A program made the position numbers and the translations under genes. Below, piece by piece: positions 57,501-64,000 of a stretch of 64,000 bases of DNA. The stretch covers positions 1,488,001-1,552,000 of the forward strand of contig LSRY02000004.1 in the NCBI GenBank assembly GCA_001643675.2. The letters are read 5' to 3'. How positions within the stretch are numbered: the first letter of the stretch is position 1; every line of letters begins with the position of its first letter. This DNA is from Monocercomonoides exilis PA203. Lineage: Eukaryota > Protista > Preaxostyla. A model generated the notes under the pieces. That model was given only the letters and a program-made list of their open reading frames with translations. It ran no database searches and was not told the DNA's origin.

Positions 57501-60500
57501 ATTGAGTGCTTGATGCTGTGCACAGACAGTATTCTGACTGTTACGAATTGCTCGTTGAAAATGGAAAGCGGAAGCATTGGCACATCTTTTGCAGAGGTTG
57601 CAAAAGGAAAGCTATTTTGGTATCATTCGAAATTGCATCAGAGAGTATTAGCACTTCGCACCTTATTATTGTCTCTGGGAGCAATTCAAAAGCATTTGTG
57701 CAATGCTCAGAGTTTAAGGAGTTGAGAGGGACTGAAAGCAATGCGCTCATCTATGTTTGCATGGGTGGAACAGTTGAAATGGAGAACAACACAATGACTT
57801 CATGCGAAATGAAAAACTCGGCAATAGTTGAAAACGAGGAAGGAAACATCCTGCTTGCATCAAATGTGACATTTTCTGCAATCGAGCGCACAGAAGGAGA
57901 CGGAAGCTGTATCCATTGTTCATGCGTTGATGGGCAAGCGAGTGCTTCGACAATTAAAAAGTGCTTATTTGAGAATTGCTCAGTCAAGGAAACTAACAGT
58001 GGAGGAGGCGCACTGAAATGCGACTTGGGCGTCGGGGCAATACTGCTTGTTGAAGAATGTCAATTCGGGAATTGCTCTGCCCCAAGCTCTGATACAGTTG
58101 GTTACGGTGGAGGCACCTATCTAGACTTGCACGAAGCAGATATTGCATTCAAGATATTAGCACCATTGTTCAGTACATCTCTGCCAAACAGCGCATATTA
58201 CGGAGATGATGTATTTGTGCAATCACCAAACTTAACCACAAGCATTACAAACGAAACAATGCCATTTGCACACAGTTCAGGCACAGAAAAAGTCAACTCT
58301 TTGCAGGGCTTCGATGGAGAGAACAGAGTGAATGCAATTCCACTTATCTATTTCATTTGCGATGCTGGCAGCACTGTTCATGCAGATTCATCAAAGGGCC
58401 TGAATGTTGCTCCATGCGGTTTCACAGACTATCCGTGCCAGACTCTGAGTTACTCATTTTCAAAGCAGATGACAAAGGCAAAAGATGTCAGCCTTTCCGT
58501 TTCATTCGAGCTGCGTGAAGAATTGGTGCTTTCTGATCAATACGGAATTCACATAAGTGGCGTTGGCTCATGTTCCTTGTTTATTGTTCACGAATCTAAT
58601 TCTTCACAGCCCGGAGTGATAACAATGAGCGAAAATTGCCCAACTGCTGTGATGGCATTTATCAGGTTCAGACTGCCAGATAAGCTCCAAACACATTCCT
58701 CTTTTGCCTGCCAAAACTCACAAGGTGAATTAGTGCTACAAGATTCCATTTTTGAGACCCAAGATGAATCACCCCCTCTTTCTTATAATTTAATCTCAGC
58801 ATTGTCTGGGACCCTCACCATCAGCACAGTTGCAGCTGCAAACATTCCTCTGCGAGATGCTTCATTTCTTGTTGCAACAGGCTTTGCTTCAGTGCACATG
58901 AAATCAGCATCGTTGGTGGAAGTGGAAACCACGTCACAACATGGACTGATAAGCCTTTCATCGCAGAATGCTTCTCTTTTCATTGACGATTCTACACTAT
59001 TGTCGCAGCATGCCAGTCAAGATTTCACCTTAATTTTCTCTGATAACGCAAATGCGATCGATGTCTCAAACACATCAATGAAGGGATTTGCAAATAATAT
59101 GAAAAATGGCTCGGCCATATGTTGCACAGTGAATGACCAGCAAAGGTTAAGAATTGAAGGTGGCACGTTTGAGTCATGCAGAGCAGATGGGGGCACGGAG
59201 GAGGGATATATGTCCGAGGGAATTACGGAGGAAAAGTGACAATTGGTAATGCAACCAATGCACCCACGATGTTTGCCAAATGCACATCCACAGAAATTGG
59301 TTCCAGCGGAGGACTAGGCGGCGGAATATATTTGCACATGACTGATAGCTCAGCAGGAGTTATAATGAGCAGCATTTCGTTTGCTGAATGCAACGCGACA
59401 AGAGGAGGAAGTTGCGTGTTTGTGGAAGCGATAAATTTATCCTCCGCAATTACCAGCGAATCCCTGAATTTTGAGTTCGAGAAAAGCAGTAATTCATCTT
59501 TCGGCGAGTTAGCCGGCTTTGAAGGAGGCAATACAGCATTTGCCATCCCGCTGGTGCTATTCCTCCGAAATTTCACTTCACCAGCATTCATTAGCAACAC
59601 TGGCACAGACTACAGAATGTGTGGTTATAAAGATTATCCTTGTCAAACCATTAACTATGCTGGAACAGCAAGATATGGCAGCGCAAAAGGAAAGGTGAGG
59701 TTGGCAAAAGAATTCGAATTTTCCAATCGCATTGCGTTTACACAACAAGAGATGGAAATCGATGCTGAGGATGACTCGGAAAAATTAACTGTTCGAAGTG
59801 ACGGCCTTGGAGAAGGAAGTGGCTTAATTGAGGCTAGAGTTGATGTTTCGTTCACAGGAATATCGTTCAGCATTCCTTTGGCCTTCACTATCAGCCGCAA
59901 TTGCTTGCTATTGTGCAGCGGATCCGTGTTGACTGTGGCTGATTGCATAACGGAAGCCATCAGCTCAGGAGTGTCGTACTCGATTGCTTGTTGCACCAAT
60001 GGAAAACTTGTGCTGAACAATTTCACAGTTCTGAATATCGAATTTGCAACGGCAGCTGCCATCAAAGTCAGTGGCAGAGAAGCAGAAGCAGAGTTAATTT
60101 GTTTGAGCATCGACGGAGCAAAAACAGATGAAGTCTCTGGATTGATTGTCGCCAATAATGGAGGAGTGATAGGGCTTGAGGAATCTTTGATAAACTGCAC
60201 AACAACAATTTTCATGAATCATTCGATGCTATTTGTGGGCGAGTCGTCGTCGTTAACTGCAACCAATTCATCTTTTACAGGTGCAGCAAGAAGAAACGGG
60301 AACGGAGGTGCCATCTCAGGAACCATCTGCGATGAAGCTGCATGTACTGTGAGCGGGTGTAATTTTTCGTCAAATGCATGCATTGATGGCCATTCAAAAG
60401 GAGGAAGCATGATAGTGAATGTGAGAAAAGGAGGGAAATTATTGTTTGATTCAAACAAGGTGACGAACAGCAAAGTTGATGCAGAAAATGGCTTCGGTGG

Positions 60501-63500
60501 AGGGCTGCACTTGAGCTTTGAAGATTTGGAAGTAAATTACTCGATGATTGCTATTTCATTCTCGGGAAATCAGGCACGCTTGGGCTCTGACGTTTTTTTG
60601 ATCTGTCCTTCACCTCGGATAATGATCGATAAGAACAAGTGGGCCGGCTCTGCACAGCCAGGAGATGCTAATCTTAAAACAATGTGGGTCATCGACGACG
60701 AAAGCTATCCCTCAATTAATGTTAGCATGTTAAAATACTTGTTTGTGTCGAACGATGAAATTGTATTTGTCGATAGAGAAGAAAGCAGCAACAATGCTGG
60801 ATGTGGAAACAGCAACAATCCTTGTCAAGAATTGGCGTTTGGATTTTCTCAAATGAGCAGTATAAAAACAACACTGAGCATATTGAAGTCTGCTGATTTG
60901 AGTCAGCCAATTCATTGCGAAGACGATCCTTTGACTATCTGTGGTATTGAAGAAATCAACTCGGCTCTTAAAGTGATGAATAATGGCCGCATTACATTGC
61001 TGAAAGGCTCGCAAGCAACGTATCTGTCTGTTTCTTCTCTAAATATAACGCTTCAGACAACCGCAGAACAACTCCTGCATGATGTATTTATTGAAGCAGC
61101 TGTTGGAAAAGTGTATTTTGTCTCGTGCATCTTTGGTGATCCTGATGGCGTTGAAAAGCGCTGCTGCGTGTGGATAGTGAAAGGGAATGGAAGTTCCATT
61201 AGTTTTGGCAATGTTCTTGTCGCAAAGCTACTATTTCAGTCGAGCTGTGGGTTGGCATCTATAAACAGCGGTTCGCTAGTAATCGACAAATCTACTGTTG
61301 ACACAGTGTCTACCTCAAGTGATAGCCTGATTGTCTGCATTAACGAAGCGAGCTCACGGATAAATAATACAAATATTACAACATACAAAACAGCCAAAGG
61401 CTCATTCCATAAAGTCTCCGGTTCAGGGAGCAATGTAATATCTGGACATTGCATGCTAAGTGGATGCTCATCTGCAAATGGCAACGGAGGAGCTGTTAGC
61501 TGTAAGTTGAGCGAAAATGGCCAATTCTTGATAAATGGGGCTATCATAACATGCTGCAACGTAAACGAAGGCAATGGCAAAGGAGGAGGAGTATTCATGC
61601 ATTTGAAAGACCCATACGGGACTTTTTTATTCGAAGAGATCGATTTCAATCAAAACAACGGCTATGAGGGGCGTGATATGTTCGTTGATTGCAAAAGCTT
61701 AAATGAGAGCATTTATCCTTCAAACATCAAAGTTCCGTTTTACAACAGCGAGGGCATCGAAATTGTTGATATCAAGGGAAGCGACAGAACACACTTTTCT
61801 GATTCTGTGGATCTTGCCATGTTTTTGTATCAAAAGCAGGCAACCAGCATCTATGTATCTAAAACAGGGTACGACATGATCGGATGCGGAGCAGAAGAAT
61901 ATCCGTGCTTTTCATTCAAAAGAGGAGCAACAAATTTAAATGAGCAGTCTTTCGAAAAGGAGATATTGATTGGCACGGAAACATATATTCAAGAGCCTGT
62001 TGATGTTTCTTCTTTTTTGATATCTTCTTCAACAAGTTCAAAAGCAAGCATTTTGTTCAAGCCTGAAATAATCGGAAATAGCAGAAATGCAATTCTCGAA
62101 GCCACACACCAACTAGCCGTGATATTAATTTCGTTTCATATCCCTTCAGCATTTTCTTCAAATGTCGACTGCCTCATATTTGCATCAGACACCCAGCTCA
62201 GAATCGCAAATAGTTCCTTCATCCAGAACGGAACAGATCCACTCTTGTTTGCGCTAATTCGGACATCTGGAGGGTCCGTTGAAGTGAACTCCTGCAATAT
62301 TTCGGCGATAACTGCCAGATTTACTCCATTTGCCATTTCAGGTAACCTCTATCTTGCAGATGCGCAATTATCGCAACTAAAAGTACCAGAGTCCCTTAGA
62401 GGAGGGGCACTTGACGTTTGCCTCTCAGAAGATAATGCTGTTTCGCTGAAGACAAGCGATCTTTCGTTTTGTGAATGCTCTCGAAATGAAGGAAAAGGAG
62501 GATTTTTGTATCTGGACTGCACTCTGTCCGCTGCTTCTCAGCCTCTAAAAATTGATGCAATTACTGTTAGCAGTAATATGGCACATATTGGCAAAAACAT
62601 TTTTTTGGAAAGCAAAAATTTAAATGAGAGTGTGACGCTGAATTCTTTTGCATTTGATTATTACAAAATAATGAATGATAGCAATGCCTTTGCTGGGCAC
62701 GATTCAATTATTGGAGATGCTGATCTCTTCATGTTTGTTGTTGAGTACAGAAGCTCAAATATATATGTGGCACACACAGGCTTTGATGTGAGGAGATGCG
62801 GAAGTAAATTTGAGCCATGCAAAACGGCTTGGGCTGGCATGCAGCATTTGACTGGAGAGAACCAATTCCTCCAGTTGCTCATCACCAAGGAAACTATAAT
62901 TCAAGATGCTTATGACGTAAGCGGCTATATTTTGGAAGGATACTCACAAACATCCGAATTAACAAATCACACATTGTTTTTTTCGAAAAAAAATGAAGGT
63001 GAATCCGATCCGTTTCTTCTCAACTCTAGATATTTGACAATCAGAGATTTGCTTGTATTTGTTTCTTCGGATTTCGGAAACAGTAAAGGCGGAGTGATTA
63101 TGAACGAAAACGGAACCATCGAAGTTTTGCGGAGCGGCTTTTCTTCAGAAGCAACAATCGGAACTGAAAGTAATTGCTCATTTCTGTTGATGAAGCGAGG
63201 ATACCTCCGAGTGTCGCAATTTGTTGTGTCGTCGTGTAACGTTGGAAATAATATTTTTGCTGTTTCAAACAATAGCGAATGCACCTTTAATGAAATGACA
63301 ATATCGAACGTGAACATAACTGAAGCGTGCATATGTCTGGTTAATTACTCATCAGTGGCAAGCGTCAATGAGTTCGCTGCTGGAACAATAACTGTGGAAA
63401 ATTCTTCATTTACTAGCATTGCCAGAAGTGATAACGGCTCATGTATTATCGCATCTTCATCTGAAGGAGGAATTGTCAAGATCAGAAATTGTTCATTCAG

Positions 63501-64000
63501 AGAATGCAGGTCAAGAGATAGCGAAAGAGGTGGGATGGCATTTTTAAATCTTGGTGTAAATTCATCGTTCACATTTTTGTCGTCGTCGATAATTCAAAGC
63601 TTTTGCAGTGAAGAATATGGCAAAGGAGGAGGAACCTATCTTTTATTCGGCGAAGTTGGCGATCTGAATTTTCTTTTCCAAAACTCAACATTTAGTGGAA
63701 ATTCCGCGTTTATTGGGCGAGATATCTTTATTGAATGTTTTAGCCTTTCTTCTCAAATCAATGAAAGCCAGTTTAGATTGGATCTTCGGGAAAGTGAGTA
63801 TCACAGATCAAATGCCATTTACGGAATAGACAAGACAGACCATGCTTCAACACCTTTTGATTTAATGGAACTCATTACAATGTTCCAGAATGATCGTATT
63901 GTTGTTTCATCAAATTTTGAAGCAGGCGGAGATAATAGCAAACAATGTGGAAAGGTTAATTATCCTTGTTTGACAATCGATTATGGCCTGAAGCATGTGA
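54579..64000 (+). CDS. Second giant Pmp-like beta-helix surface protein (paralog of 28868-37048), interrupted by two 1-nt frameshifts (~57610, ~59190) and continuing beyond the window; pseudogene or sequencing errors
   Basis: Signal peptide and 8 CGxxxxPC modules across three frames. The third frame appears open from 59194 to the window end (no stop-terminated ORF is listed in that frame). It contains DIFIECFSLSSQINESQFRLDLRESEYHRSNAIYGID, matching DIFIECYNITSQINESQFQFDLRENHYSRINAIYGID of the paralog. Confidence 0.8.

Overview
AT-rich, intron-containing eukaryotic (protist) DNA read in the standard code, with no prokaryotic operons or CRISPR. The extreme Ser/Glu/Lys low-complexity expansions and giant beta-helix/pseudokinase membrane proteins suggest an oxymonad metamonad such as Monocercomonoides (inference). 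I reconstructed by eye spliced genes for: an ASH/Ig-like low-complexity protein, OST3/OST6, BRO1/BROX, a DENN Rab-GEF, Ras, a stand-alone YVH1/DUSP12-type zinc domain, calnexin, two coiled-coil proteins and a CHK2-like FHA kinase. There is also an intronless N-acylated Smr protein, tRNA-Glu(TTC) and tRNA-Lys(TTT). Two paralogous, apparently intronless giant Pmp-like (GGA/FxxN) beta-helix surface proteins are present. One is complete with a TM segment and a pseudokinase tail; the other has two 1-nt frameshifts and runs off the window. Each sits next to a field of inverted-repeat elements, one of which includes a ~1 kb foldback with 458-bp arms. The best candidate for an undescribed system is this modular receptor family: variable numbers of CGxxxxPC-capped modules, an AT-rich divergent N-terminal domain between conserved anchors, and a catalytically dead kinase.
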